Positions 10,413 to 20,091 of a stretch of DNA of 64,000 bases are shown here, in pieces. The notes below the pieces were generated by a model. It ran no database searches and was not told where the DNA came from. It worked only from the letters and a program-made list of their open reading frames with translations. This DNA is from an uncultured Verrucomicrobiae bacterium. GTDB taxonomy: Bacteria; Chlamydiota; Chlamydiia; Chlamydiales; Rhabdochlamydiaceae. The position numbers were made by a program, and so were the translations under genes. Location: positions 32,001 through 96,000 of the forward strand of contig CAWDYW010000002.1 of NCBI GenBank assembly GCA_963806855.1, written 5' to 3'. Within the stretch, counting starts at the first letter, position 1. The number at the start of each line of letters is the position of its first letter.

Positions 10413-11489
10413 ATGGTTAAAAAATCTATCGCAAATCTATTCATCGGTCTTGGAATTGCCCAGACATTCATCCAGCCTAATGTCTTGGCGGCAGATGAAG
10501 TTGAAAATCTGTCGACTTGCTGTGAAAATGTAGTCGTACCAGGAGAGCCATTAGATCCATGTCTAGTAGGCTCGATATACCCCCTACCTGCTGGCCCAAC
10601 TTTTTCGTGCGGTTGGAATTCTTATGTAAGAGGGGATTTTCTCTATTGGAGTGTTTATCCGGCTGCGCAGGGATATGAAGTTGAAGCAACGACAAACAAT
10701 CACTTAAATTCGAGGATTCTCAATCATCATATCACATGGCGACCTGGATTTAGAGTGGGAATCGGAACTGAAGTCAATGGAGTCTATTTAGATATAGACT
10801 ATACCCAAATTCATTCCCATTCAACAACCCACTACAAAGCACGACAAAATGCCAATCCAGCATTAAGCGAAACTTTGACAATAGTTGCTGTAGCTATAAC
10901 TTTTCCATTCAACTATGTAAAATCGACAATTACTCAAAACTATGACGCAGCAATTTTTTCTGTACAAAAGCCGGTCTATGTTGGAAAACGATTGGTTGTC
11001 ACTCCGAGCATGGGATTGATTGCGTATTGGTCAAAATATAATACCACTTACATTTGCGGCCAATTGAACCAACCTCCTAGTGGTTTCGTACAGAATAAAC
11101 AAAAAAATTGGAACGTGGGACCTACAGTTGCGGTCACAGCAAAAGCCCAACTGGCTTGGGGATTTAGAGGAATAGGGTCATTTGGTTTTTCTGCAGCCTA
11201 TGATCGTCTAAAATCTCGTTCCGTTCTCTCAGTTCCGGGTGCACAACCTGCGCTCATCAATAATACGACTCAAGAATATGGATATACCCGAAACTCAGCT
11301 GTACAAGCTAAAGCAGAACTCGGGATCGGTTGGGAAAGTTACTTCTGGTGCGATCGGTATCACGCAAGCATCGAGGTTTTGTATGCTGAAAACTATACAG
11401 CATTCACCCCTTTCAGAGATATTCAAGGGATTCAAGTTGAACCTTTGCAGATGAGAGGACTTGTTGTAGGCGGCAGTTTAGATTTTTGA
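10413..11489 (+). CDS. Outer-membrane beta-barrel porin, Lpg1974/MOMP-like family (copy 2)
   Basis: GDFLYW, WRPGFRVGIG, C-terminal GSLDF; AGGAG RBS. Confidence 0.8.
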   Translation: MVKKSIANLFIGLGIAQTFIQPNVLAADEVENLSTCCENVVVPGEPLDPCLVGSIYPLPAGPTFSCGWNSYVRGDFLYWSVYPAAQGYEVEATTNNHLNSRILNHHITWRPGFRVGIGTEVNGVYLDIDYTQIHSHSTTHYKARQNANPALSETLTIVAVAITFPFNYVKSTITQNYDAAIFSVQKPVYVGKRLVVTPSMGLIAYWSKYNTTYICGQLNQPPSGFVQNKQKNWNVGPTVAVTAKAQLAWGFRGIGSFGFSAAYDRLKSRSVLSVPGAQPALINNTTQEYGYTRNSAVQAKAELGIGWESYFWCDRYHASIEVLYAENYTAFTPFRDIQGIQVEPLQMRGLVVGGSLDF

Positions 11490-11519
11490 GCAATACCGGA
11501 GAATATTTAGGAGTAAAAG

Positions 11520-12584
11520 ATGTTAAAAAACACGATGATTATTTTAATGGCAAGTTTGCCAATTATGGGATTTGCAGATGAGGGATCTCAGATCGGCTCG
11601 TGCGAATGCCCCCTAATCCCTGGTGAGCCCATCGAGTCTTGTCAAGTGCCAGCAGGCTATTTTTATCCAGCAGAATATGCGGTATACGGGTGTAGTAACT
11701 ATCACTTAACATTTTCTGCCGATCTATTGCTTTGGGCTTATAACCGCGATGGTTTTAATGATCTTGGGCAACTACAAACCACTACAGGAATTACAACGGC
11801 AACAAAGATTTTAACTCACACAGTAGGGTACCAGCCTTCATTCAGATTGACTGCTGCGCTTACTCTCCCGTGCTACGATAACTGGACCTTGCAAGCAAAC
11901 TATATTTGGTACCACCATAAGAAAACAAAACATTTTCACACGACTGGGAATCAACTGATTCAACCTCGATCACAGAACTTTCCAACGATAGTTAATGCAA
12001 CCGCTATGAAGTCGGAATTTAAAGTCGGCTTAGATATTCTAGATTTGACTGTCGGACGAGAGTTTTATCTTTCACAACGCATTATTATACTTCCATTCTT
12101 TGGTCTTAGGGCTTGGTGGAGTACGCAGCATGAAAATTTAACATTTTTCGTCCCCGATCGCCCTTTTTCAACCAATTTCACAAGAGCTGGTTATTGGGGA
12201 GTTGGACCTTTTGCCGGTGCCGATATCAGGGGCTTAGTCTGGTGTGGATCTTATCTACTTGCAAGAGCTGGTGTCTCTATTCCTTATTCGCCTGATCGTA
12301 AATACAAAGTCGTAAAGAACTTTCCAACCTCTATTCCTCCAGTAGTGAATACGGAGAAAATTGGACCCCATCCATCGCATTATCCCTATATGTATCCAAT
12401 GACTGAGGCTGGCATTGGTCTAGGTTGGGGAACTTACCTCTGTGGTTGTGCCTATCACATCGATATCAAAGCCACCTATGAAGTCTATACCTGTAGCTTC
12501 TTAGAATATGGAAATTCAGCGGGAAATCCAGTTCGAGAGAACACAATTCAAGGATTTTCAATCGGAGGTCAATTCGATTTCTAA
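11520..12584 (+). CDS. Outer-membrane beta-barrel porin, Lpg1974/MOMP-like family (copy 3)
   Basis: ADLLLW, YQPSFRL, C-terminal GGQFDF; AGGAG RBS. Confidence 0.8.
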   Translation: MLKNTMIILMASLPIMGFADEGSQIGSCECPLIPGEPIESCQVPAGYFYPAEYAVYGCSNYHLTFSADLLLWAYNRDGFNDLGQLQTTTGITTATKILTHTVGYQPSFRLTAALTLPCYDNWTLQANYIWYHHKKTKHFHTTGNQLIQPRSQNFPTIVNATAMKSEFKVGLDILDLTVGREFYLSQRIIILPFFGLRAWWSTQHENLTFFVPDRPFSTNFTRAGYWGVGPFAGADIRGLVWCGSYLLARAGVSIPYSPDRKYKVVKNFPTSIPPVVNTEKIGPHPSHYPYMYPMTEAGIGLGWGTYLCGCAYHIDIKATYEVYTCSFLEYGNSAGNPVRENTIQGFSIGGQFDF

Positions 12585-12613
12585 ATAATCCTTTAGATCT
12601 TCATTTCCCAAAC

Positions 12614-12679
12614 TGTGAATTTGGACCCAGACGAAAGCTCTCGCGGTTCCAAATTCACACTTTTTTTTTGGGGGGGGGG
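12614..12679. repeat. Palindromic element/terminator after the porin cluster, followed by a T9-G10 tract
   Basis: tgtgaatttgga (12614-12625) / tccaaattcaca (12648-12659); tgtgaatttggaccca recurs at 14486-14501. Confidence 0.6.
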
Positions 12680-12782
12680 TATATGAAGTCGGTTTTTCGA
12701 ATTGTTTTATTGATGAAGCCTGCATGAAAAGCTTGAAATGAAAATTAGATCTATAGTTCATTAAGGCAAAGATCAGGAATTC

Positions 12783-13907
12783 ATGGCACGTTTTATACGC
12801 CCCGCTTCATTAAGATTGCCCGATGAAAAAATTGAAAGGCATACGACGTGGCTGGAAATATTTTTTGATCTGATCTTCGCCGTGATTGTGGTCCAACTTT
12901 CAGACAGATTGTCCAATAATTTTACCCTTACCGGACTCTTTCAATGTGCAGCTTTGCTTATTCCTTCTATGTGGACCTGGGTGAGTTACACTGTATTTGC
13001 AGCACGTTTTGATAACAATGATGTTATTCACTGGATAATGACATTCATTATTATGTTTGCAGGTGCGGTGATGGCGATACACATTCCTACGGCGCTAGAA
13101 GATGGCGGAACCGGATTTTCTATTGGCTTTATCATTTCACAAATTTCTTTGCTTTTTCTTTACTTAAGGCCTCTTCACGACAAGACTGTTCCGAAACATT
13201 TCACCCATTTTTATATCATTGGATTTGGATCGGCGCTAATTTGTTGGATCGTTTCATTATTTTTTGATCCGCCGCATAAGTTTATTTTCTGGACCTTAGG
13301 TATGTCTATTTACCTGTCCATACCCTGGATTGGCAGAAAGAAGGTTCTATCGAAAGTGCCACTTGATACTGTCTATTTTCCTGAACGATTTGGAGCGTTC
13401 ACTGTCATTGTTTTAGGACAAATGATCACTGCTGTCGTGGTTGGTCTGAAGTCCGCAAGTTGGCATCCTTCGGCTGTCGTAACCAGTATCATGGCCTTTG
13501 CATTAGCAATATTAATCTGGGGACAGTATTACCTGTTTACTCAAATAGCCGACTATAAATGCACACTAGGTTCCGGCCAGCCCTACATTTACAGTCATAT
13601 TCCATTGATTATCAGCTTGCTGATTCTTGGTAGTTGCGCACAGGAATTCATACCAAACACCGAAATACACTCGAATGTAAAAAACATCTTCTGTTTTTCA
13701 ATCATTTTATATCTGACTTCATTTTGTCTTCTTCAGTACATTGCTATACCAAAATTTAAAATTCGAGGAGTGGTATATCTGGGAGCCATCTCTGCAATAT
13801 TGGGCTTATTTTACTTGTACCCTCTTTCACCGATGATCATCATGATTGGAATAGTGCTCATTTTTATAGCGCTCTTTGCAACGCAATACCGGTTTGGATT
13901 CAAATGA
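12783..13907 (+). CDS. ltrA: Low temperature requirement protein A (LtrA family) membrane protein
   Basis: ERHTTWLEIFFDLIFAV, ARFD, ERFGAFTVIVLGQ, multiple TM helices. Confidence 0.85.
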   Translation: MARFIRPASLRLPDEKIERHTTWLEIFFDLIFAVIVVQLSDRLSNNFTLTGLFQCAALLIPSMWTWVSYTVFAARFDNNDVIHWIMTFIIMFAGAVMAIHIPTALEDGGTGFSIGFIISQISLLFLYLRPLHDKTVPKHFTHFYIIGFGSALICWIVSLFFDPPHKFIFWTLGMSIYLSIPWIGRKKVLSKVPLDTVYFPERFGAFTVIVLGQMITAVVVGLKSASWHPSAVVTSIMAFALAILIWGQYYLFTQIADYKCTLGSGQPYIYSHIPLIISLLILGSCAQEFIPNTEIHSNVKNIFCFSIILYLTSFCLLQYIAIPKFKIRGVVYLGAISAILGLFYLYPLSPMIIMIGIVLIFIALFATQYRFGFK

Positions 13908-13967
13908 ACAAAAAATATGACATAAATCGGCCAATTCTTGTGACAGGCGCAGCACCGCCGCCACTTC

Positions 13968-14417
13968 TCAGCGGCTAATTTCGTAGCTAGGGAAAGTTCG
14001 ATAATGAACACCTTCTTCTTGCGGAAGGTATGCGCCTGTGCTGTAATCTGTTTCGTGGGCTTGTTGCATAGCCTCTGCTTCAAGACCTACCCACCCACCG
14101 CTTTGAAATGCAACTCCATACAGATTTTTCTCTGGGAGCCATCTCTTTTCCTCATTTTTCAATTTTCGCGATACTCTCATAGGCAAAAATTCGCGAATGG
14201 TCATTCCTCCTCCCTCAACAAGCGCACGATGCATTTTCGCTACGAAAAGTTGTTTATGTCCAACGTGATAGCCAATTTGTCCATTTGCTTGAATATCGAT
14301 TGTAAATGGCTGGTCTCCTATGACAAGAGTGATTATCTTGTCTCCTGGAATTTGCAAAATACAACGAAGCAAGGTCTGAATGGTTTGCGAATCGCTATGA
14401 GTGGTCTGAGTATTCAT
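13968..14417 (-). CDS. Hypothetical protein downstream of the RNA ligase
   Basis: ORF with AGGAG RBS before MNTQTTH; no recognisable motif. Confidence 0.55.
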   Translation of the reverse strand: MNTQTTHSDSQTIQTLLRCILQIPGDKIITLVIGDQPFTIDIQANGQIGYHVGHKQLFVAKMHRALVEGGGMTIREFLPMRVSRKLKNEEKRWLPEKNLYGVAFQSGGWVGLEAEAMQQAHETDYSTGAYLPQEEGVHYRTFPSYEISR

Positions 14418-14506
14418 TTGTTCTCCTACAATAAAATTCATATGCGTTCAATAAATGACGATTTATACCCCGCCCTGCCCAAAAGTGTGAATTTGGACCC
14501 ATCCCG

Positions 14507-15148
14507 TTATTCCCCATGTCGAGGGCCTTCGTACCAATCGAACATGTCTCTTCGAAGTTTTGCCATTTGGCCATTGGGATGGACAAAGATCAGCCCTTCA
14601 GCGATAACTTGCTTTTTAAAGACTCTTTCAGTGAAGAGGCTGCTTAAGGTTTTGAACCAGTTACTAATCGTGTCATAATCTTTGGGATATTTATCCTGTA
14701 CCCAAGACTTCCAGTGACATTTTTCCTCGAGATAGCTGAAAGGAACAAAGAGGGGATGAGGGGTTTCATGAAGATTGGTATTGATATCTGGGCCGATTAA
14801 CTCCCCATAAATAGGTCCATCGCCAAATGGTTCCAACCACCCTTTTTCAGCAGCATTGAGCACTCCTAAAAGAAAACGGCTTTTCTTCCCGTTGTCTTTT
14901 GTAGAGATGTCGATGGGTTCTTGAAGGATTCGGGTAGTCCGATTGTCAATGGCAACCACACTCCCATTTTTTATGTGCACACAAATATTGGTGCCGTGCA
15001 ACTTATCAACTGCTCGAACTCCACTCTCAAAAACCCATTCGTACCCTTCTTCTATTTCAGAAGTTGTAATGTACTCATCTTTCTCGTTGAGAATACGCTT
15101 AAAAGGGCTTTTGATTTTTGGAAAATCTATAATTGGCGGATGGTTCAT
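14507..15148 (-). CDS. ATP-dependent RNA ligase-like nucleotidyltransferase
   Basis: Motif I DKLHGTN (adenylated Lys), GELIGP, EGLIF, motif V MAKLRRDMF; start uncertain (15148 or 15184). Confidence 0.75.
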   Translation of the reverse strand: MNHPPIIDFPKIKSPFKRILNEKDEYITTSEIEEGYEWVFESGVRAVDKLHGTNICVHIKNGSVVAIDNRTTRILQEPIDISTKDNGKKSRFLLGVLNAAEKGWLEPFGDGPIYGELIGPDINTNLHETPHPLFVPFSYLEEKCHWKSWVQDKYPKDYDTISNWFKTLSSLFTERVFKKQVIAEGLIFVHPNGQMAKLRRDMFDWYEGPRHGE

Positions 15149-15209
15149 GCCGAATATGATAACGATTATTTGGAAAAAATTCAATATTCATATGCTTATT
15201 TTTTAAAAA

Positions 15210-15251
15210 TGGGGCAACATGGGATTGAAGCGAGGGCCGATGGGTATAGAG
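15210..15251 (-). repeat. Degenerate att site (3' half of tRNA-CAT), oldest copy
   Basis: 33/42 ungapped matches by eye to the tRNA 3' segment tggggcaacctgggattgaacc...ttatgag. Confidence 0.75.
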
Positions 15252-15359
15252 GGATTTTGCTTTTCTTTACAAGTCCTTAAAATATGATGATATTGCAAGC
15301 TGAGTCAGGTGCTAATGAGATTTTTTCTCATTAACCATTGTTATTATGCCAGAAAATGC

Positions 15360-15732
15360 TCTGAGGAAAGAATCCCAATCCCCGAACCTGTGGCACTTCT
15401 AAATTCAATTCTCTAAAACGAGTCTTCAGTCTTTTTGGCTTATATCCATTGCATGCCCCATTCTCTCATCACTTCTCTCATGTGATTGAGCCTTTAGAAA
15501 ATGTTCCCTTTCCACTTTCATCGAAGCATTCAACAAAAGTTCGACGATAGGCTTAAGTCCATCAGTTCCTGTATCAATTAATACTTTCGCAATTTCCTCA
15601 ATCACGCTATCCTTAGTACGGCCTGAAATCATATCCATTCTTTTTTCCTTTCTTTAAGCAGTTTGAAAAAAAGAAGTTTGATACTCAGGCCTTTTCTTTG
15701 CCAGGAATTTACAGAAAAAATGTTATACTACC
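15360..15732 (-). mobile_element. IS256-family remnant (terminal repeat plus frameshifted 5' part of transposase)
   Basis: LLNASMKVEREHFLKAQSHERSDERMGHA then out-of-frame NGYKPKRLKTRFRELNLEVPQVRD; end GGTAGTATAACATTTTTTCTGTAAA at ~15708-15732. Confidence 0.78.
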
Positions 15733-15747
15733 CTCTTAGGACTAATA

Positions 15748-16269
15748 ATGAATAAATGGTTCATATCTGATACCCACTTTTCTCATGCCAACATCATCCG
15801 TTACACTGGGCGCCCTTTCCAATCTGTTAACGAGATGGATGAACGGCTTATTGAGAACTGGAATGCTCTTGTTGAGCCACAGGATGTGGTCTTCTTCCTG
15901 GGTGATTTCGGATTAGGTACGACCGACTTTCTTACCAGTCTTTGCGCCCGTCTTCATGGAAATAAGATTTGCATTCGAGGTAACCATGATGGCTCTCCAG
16001 CTAAAATGCATAAGATTGGATTTACGCTTGTCCTAGAGTCAGCTTTCATCAAGATTGGCCGCCACCCAGTCGAACTTGTTCACATCCCCAGTCAGCCCGC
16101 GCCTTCCCATTTTCAACTTCATGGTCATGTTCATGAAAAACGACCCAACAAACTTGTTGATCGCCAACTCAATCTTTCGGTTGAAGTCTGGGATTATAAG
16201 CCTGTTCCCGAAAAGACGATTGTTGCTCTGTTAGATCGTGCAGATAAAAGAGGTGCCTTGGGAAAATGA
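15748..16269 (+). CDS. Calcineurin-like metallophosphoesterase (small, phage-type)
   Basis: ISDTHFSH, LGDF, RGNHD, LVHIP, LHGHVH, NLSVE. Confidence 0.88.
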   Translation: MNKWFISDTHFSHANIIRYTGRPFQSVNEMDERLIENWNALVEPQDVVFFLGDFGLGTTDFLTSLCARLHGNKICIRGNHDGSPAKMHKIGFTLVLESAFIKIGRHPVELVHIPSQPAPSHFQLHGHVHEKRPNKLVDRQLNLSVEVWDYKPVPEKTIVALLDRADKRGALGK

Positions 16270-16351
16270 GCCTTGCTATAAATAGTTAAAACTGATATAA
16301 TCAATTACAACTAGGCGTTTTTTGCCTATAAAACATTAGTAGGAGAATGAT

Positions 16352-16483
16352 ATGTATACTACCCAATTAGACTATGGAGCGCGGTCTTATCCAGCGCAGT
16401 CCAATCTATCCCTTATCCCTGTTTCAATTCTTGTTCTTTCTATCCATCATTCTTTCCATCCTCACGAGCATTCAGCTCAATAA
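16352..16483 (+). CDS. Putative 43-aa His-rich leader peptide
   Basis: AGGAGA RBS at 16341-16346; MYTTQLDYGARSYPAQSNLSLIPVSILVLSIHHSFHPHEHSAQ*; below the ORF track cutoff. Confidence 0.45.
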   Translation: MYTTQLDYGARSYPAQSNLSLIPVSILVLSIHHSFHPHEHSAQ

Positions 16484-16639
16484 TTTTTCCATTTTTTATA
16501 GATTTCTGAATTAGTTTTAGTCGCTTGAGATTTTTACTCTCTAGAGCTTCTGCATCTCATTCAGAATAAGAAACTTACTTTACTAAACTTCTTTTCTGCT
16601 CTCATTGGGCGAAAAGATAAAAATTTATTTGAGGATTTT

Positions 16640-17809
16640 ATGAATACTTTAGAAATTAAGCCGACTGGCTTTTTAAGTGAGCTGTTGCCCTATGACCCCT
16701 CCACTAAAAAGGGTGGGGACTTGAGAAAAGGGCTTAAAGAATACAGCTTGCTTCTCGTGGCAATGGAACAAACAATTGCCGCTTTAAAAATGGGTGATTT
16801 TGAGCAATTTGATGCTGTCGTTGGCGAAAATGCATGTCAAATTCGGTCAGTGAAGATCGCTATGATCGCCCAGAAATGTTTAAATTCGGTCGAACCAATC
16901 TTAAGCAAGATCAACGATGCAAAGCGGACGATTGAGGGGTTAAGGCTTGAGCCTCTTATGAAAAGGGGGATATCGTTAGAAGGATTGCTTAAGGAGGAAA
17001 AATTAGATGTAGCTCTATCATTTGATGAATTGTTCTTAATAGAATCTTTCCTTCTTTCTGTAGCCAAAACTGTTGAGACAGCAAAACCTGAATTTCCTTT
17101 ATTTAGAAATGATGCCGCTGCTCCTAATAAATTAGAGCGATTTCAAATAGATGTAACAACTACCTATAAGAAACAACTTGTAAAACGAGTACGTCAACTC
17201 TTGTCAAAGGCTTCGGTGACTTTTGTTCAAGAACAAGCGCGCAGTTTAAATGATCGACAATTAGAGAGAATGTGTTCAGATGAATTTGTCTTTAACTATG
17301 ATAATTGGCTTCCATGCATTCCAATGTTTTGGACTTATAAAACCCTTCTCCTCTCAGCTCGAGAGCAGGGGATTCCTATCGTCATTTATGCCAAGTTTCT
17401 AGCTAAGGACCAGGAAAATAAAGTCGTCGATGAAGAATGTATTTTCTTCAAGCCAAAAGGAGTTAAAGCTTATGAAGCATTTACCCCAGATGAAGCTGAT
17501 CTAGAAAAAGTGGCTATCGTTGTTCAGGGCATTCTATGTGCAAACACCGCTGATTTGCCCACGAAAGATCAGTGGAGACAAGAATTTACAGCCCAAAAAC
17601 CAGATGATGTCATTTTGGCTGGAGCTGCCGACCACAGACAATATCCAGATGCGGCCGAAGATCGTCGGATTGAAGCACTGGGTGACAAAGAATTCGAAAG
17701 CTATAAAGAAATGGCCAGTAGCAAAGGCTATACAGAGAAAAACCCCACTATGTTTTTCATTCAACACGTTTATCCGGCAGTTGTCCGAAGTATCACTGGG
17801 AAAGAATAG
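16640..17809 (+). CDS. Hypothetical protein, first gene of the NCS1/DUF917/hydantoinase operon
   Basis: 389-aa ORF with GAGG RBS; no family recognised. Confidence 0.7.
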   Translation: MNTLEIKPTGFLSELLPYDPSTKKGGDLRKGLKEYSLLLVAMEQTIAALKMGDFEQFDAVVGENACQIRSVKIAMIAQKCLNSVEPILSKINDAKRTIEGLRLEPLMKRGISLEGLLKEEKLDVALSFDELFLIESFLLSVAKTVETAKPEFPLFRNDAAAPNKLERFQIDVTTTYKKQLVKRVRQLLSKASVTFVQEQARSLNDRQLERMCSDEFVFNYDNWLPCIPMFWTYKTLLLSAREQGIPIVIYAKFLAKDQENKVVDEECIFFKPKGVKAYEAFTPDEADLEKVAIVVQGILCANTADLPTKDQWRQEFTAQKPDDVILAGAADHRQYPDAAEDRRIEALGDKEFESYKEMASSKGYTEKNPTMFFIQHVYPAVVRSITGKE

Positions 17810-17818
17810 GGGACGCAA

Positions 17819-19045
17819 ATGGAACAAACAGACGTAAAAAAACAATCATGGTGGCAACTCTTGAGCATTCAAGCGGGAGGAACGATTTGTCTTCCCGTCA
17901 TCATGCTAGGTCAACTTGTCTGCCAAAAATTTGGATGGCTTGCAGCATTACTTGGAGTGGGTCTAGGGAATGCGTTTTTGCTGATCATTGGGTATTTGCT
18001 CGCTTCTTTGAGCACATACCGGCGGCAAAGTACGGTTCAACATGCCGCCAGTTATTTTGGAAATCAGGGCAGGCCCCTTTTTGCCTCTTTAATGATGCTG
18101 TCGATGTTGGGCTGGTTTGGTATTCAACTCAATATCATGAGCCTTAGCTGTCAGCAGCTCTTGACTATGATGGGAATCGCCATTCCTTCCCTTGTTCTTA
18201 ACATTGGGATTGGACTGATGATCGGGTGTGTGATGTGCTTTGGCATGAAGGGGATGAAGTGGTTGTCATACTTCAGTGCTCCCTTATTGGGAATCACCCT
18301 GCTCTATGCTATTTTTTCAGCTCATGGATCGATTCCTCTCTCTGCTCCCTTAACAATTTCTTGGCTTGGAGGACTATCTTTGATCATAGGAGGCAATATT
18401 GCTGCGGTTATTGATCTGCCCACTTTTTTTAGGCACGCAAAATCTGGTCGGGATGCCCGAATCTGCATTTTGTTGCTCTATGGTTTAATTGTCCCATTTA
18501 TTGAAATAGTAGGAATTTATCTCTCTACTATTTCAGGGGGAAATTCGATTTTAGAGGTCTTGCAAACGGGGCATGGACAGCTGTGGATGATGTGGGTTAG
18601 TTGCTTTGTCCTCCTTTCAGGATGGGCAACTAATAATGCTAACCTCTACTCCTCTATTACCTCTTCATATTCATTGCCAGGAGGGTTTACTCCTATCAAG
18701 CGGACCCTTGTCCTAGGAGCAATTGGAACAGCGATTGCTTGCTTCAACCCTTTAGGAAACATTGAAAATTTGCTTGATTTACTTGGGGTTACGATTGGAG
18801 GAATGGGTGCGGTAGTCCTTGCGGGCTATCTTTTGGAAAGAAAGGATCTAAACTACAGGAAGATCCCTTGGATCTCTATTGTGAGTTGGTCAGTTGGAGT
18901 TGGGATTGGACTTGCCTCTTCATTTTTCCACTGGTTTATTACAGGGGTGCCGGCATTTGATGCCTTTATTATATCATTTATAATGAAAATAATTTTAAAC
19001 AGAATTTATCAAAGGAAAGAAAGTTATGAAACAATTAACAATTGA
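17819..19045 (+). CDS. Cytosine/purine permease-like transporter (NCS1/CodB-like)
   Basis: ~12 TM helices; GWFGIQ, DLPTFFRHAK, WATNNANLYS. Confidence 0.8.
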   Translation: MEQTDVKKQSWWQLLSIQAGGTICLPVIMLGQLVCQKFGWLAALLGVGLGNAFLLIIGYLLASLSTYRRQSTVQHAASYFGNQGRPLFASLMMLSMLGWFGIQLNIMSLSCQQLLTMMGIAIPSLVLNIGIGLMIGCVMCFGMKGMKWLSYFSAPLLGITLLYAIFSAHGSIPLSAPLTISWLGGLSLIIGGNIAAVIDLPTFFRHAKSGRDARICILLLYGLIVPFIEIVGIYLSTISGGNSILEVLQTGHGQLWMMWVSCFVLLSGWATNNANLYSSITSSYSLPGGFTPIKRTLVLGAIGTAIACFNPLGNIENLLDLLGVTIGGMGAVVLAGYLLERKDLNYRKIPWISIVSWSVGVGIGLASSFFHWFITGVPAFDAFIISFIMKIILNRIYQRKESYETINN

Positions 19046-20090
19046 TGATTTAGATAATTTAAGTATTGGGAGCGCTATTATGGGATCTGGAGGGGGTGGC
19101 GATCCCTCTTACGCCCTTCTCATGACGAAGTATCTGGTAGAAAAATATGGTCCGATCAACATCATCTCTGTTGAAGAACTTCAAGAAGATGATCTGATAG
19201 TCCCGCTCTCGATGATGGGAGCCCCATTAATCACCATGGAGAGGATACTGAGTGGTAGAGAACTGGAGATTCTTTTAAAGGTTATTGAAGACCGCTTGCA
19301 ATGCAAGCCCACTGTATTAATGGCTGCTGAGATGGGAGGTGCTAATAGTTTCACGCCTCTCTTAATTGCTGCTAAATCCGGGCTACCGGTTTTAGATGCG
19401 GATATGATCGGCCGCGCCTTTCCGGAGCTGCAAATGAGCAGCTGCTATTTAAAAAAACTCAAAGCAACACCTGCTGTAATGGCTGACTGTTTGGGAAATA
19501 CGGTTGTCATAGAGACAACAGATGCCAAAGCTTTGGAAAGAATCGCCCGAGCGCTCACTGTGTCAATGGGTTCCAGTAGCGCTGTTGGATTCTATCTCAT
19601 GCGGGGATCAGAAGTTCCCGGCGCAGTAGTAACTGGCACACTCTCTCAGGCTCTAGAATTAGGGCAATCCATTACAAATGCCCGAAAAGAAGGAAAGGAT
19701 CCTATTCAAGCTCTTCTCGATATCTCAGGAGCGACAACCATAGGAAGGGGGACCCTAATGGATATCGATCAGACAGTTAAAGATGGGTTTTTACAAGGAT
19801 CGGTCACAATTTTAAACAACAATAAAAAGATTAAGCTTTTTTATCAAAATGAATACCTTTTGGCGAAGAATGAAGATAATGTTCTCGCTTCTACTCCAGA
19901 TCTATTAGTGCTTCTGGAAGAAAATAGTGGAACTCCCATTACAAGTGAAGCACTTCGATATGGTCTTCAAGTAGCCTTAATTGCGATTCCGGCTCCAGAC
20001 ATTTGGCAAACAGCAGAAGGGCTTGAGCTAGTTGGCCCCCGTGTCTTTGGATACGACATCGATTATCAGCTTACCATCGGAGGATATTAG
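19026..20090 (+). CDS. DUF917 family protein
   Basis: GSGGGGDP, MMGAP, AEMGGANS, DADMIGRAFPELQM, QNEYL, TPDLL, LRYG. Confidence 0.9.
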   Translation: MKQLTIDDLDNLSIGSAIMGSGGGGDPSYALLMTKYLVEKYGPINIISVEELQEDDLIVPLSMMGAPLITMERILSGRELEILLKVIEDRLQCKPTVLMAAEMGGANSFTPLLIAAKSGLPVLDADMIGRAFPELQMSSCYLKKLKATPAVMADCLGNTVVIETTDAKALERIARALTVSMGSSSAVGFYLMRGSEVPGAVVTGTLSQALELGQSITNARKEGKDPIQALLDISGATTIGRGTLMDIDQTVKDGFLQGSVTILNNNKKIKLFYQNEYLLAKNEDNVLASTPDLLVLLEENSGTPITSEALRYGLQVALIAIPAPDIWQTAEGLELVGPRVFGYDIDYQLTIGGY

Positions 20091-20091
20091 T

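Noticed and set aside
14004..14678. 224-aa + strand ORF
   Set aside because: Antisense to the RNA ligase and its downstream gene; no motifs or RBS
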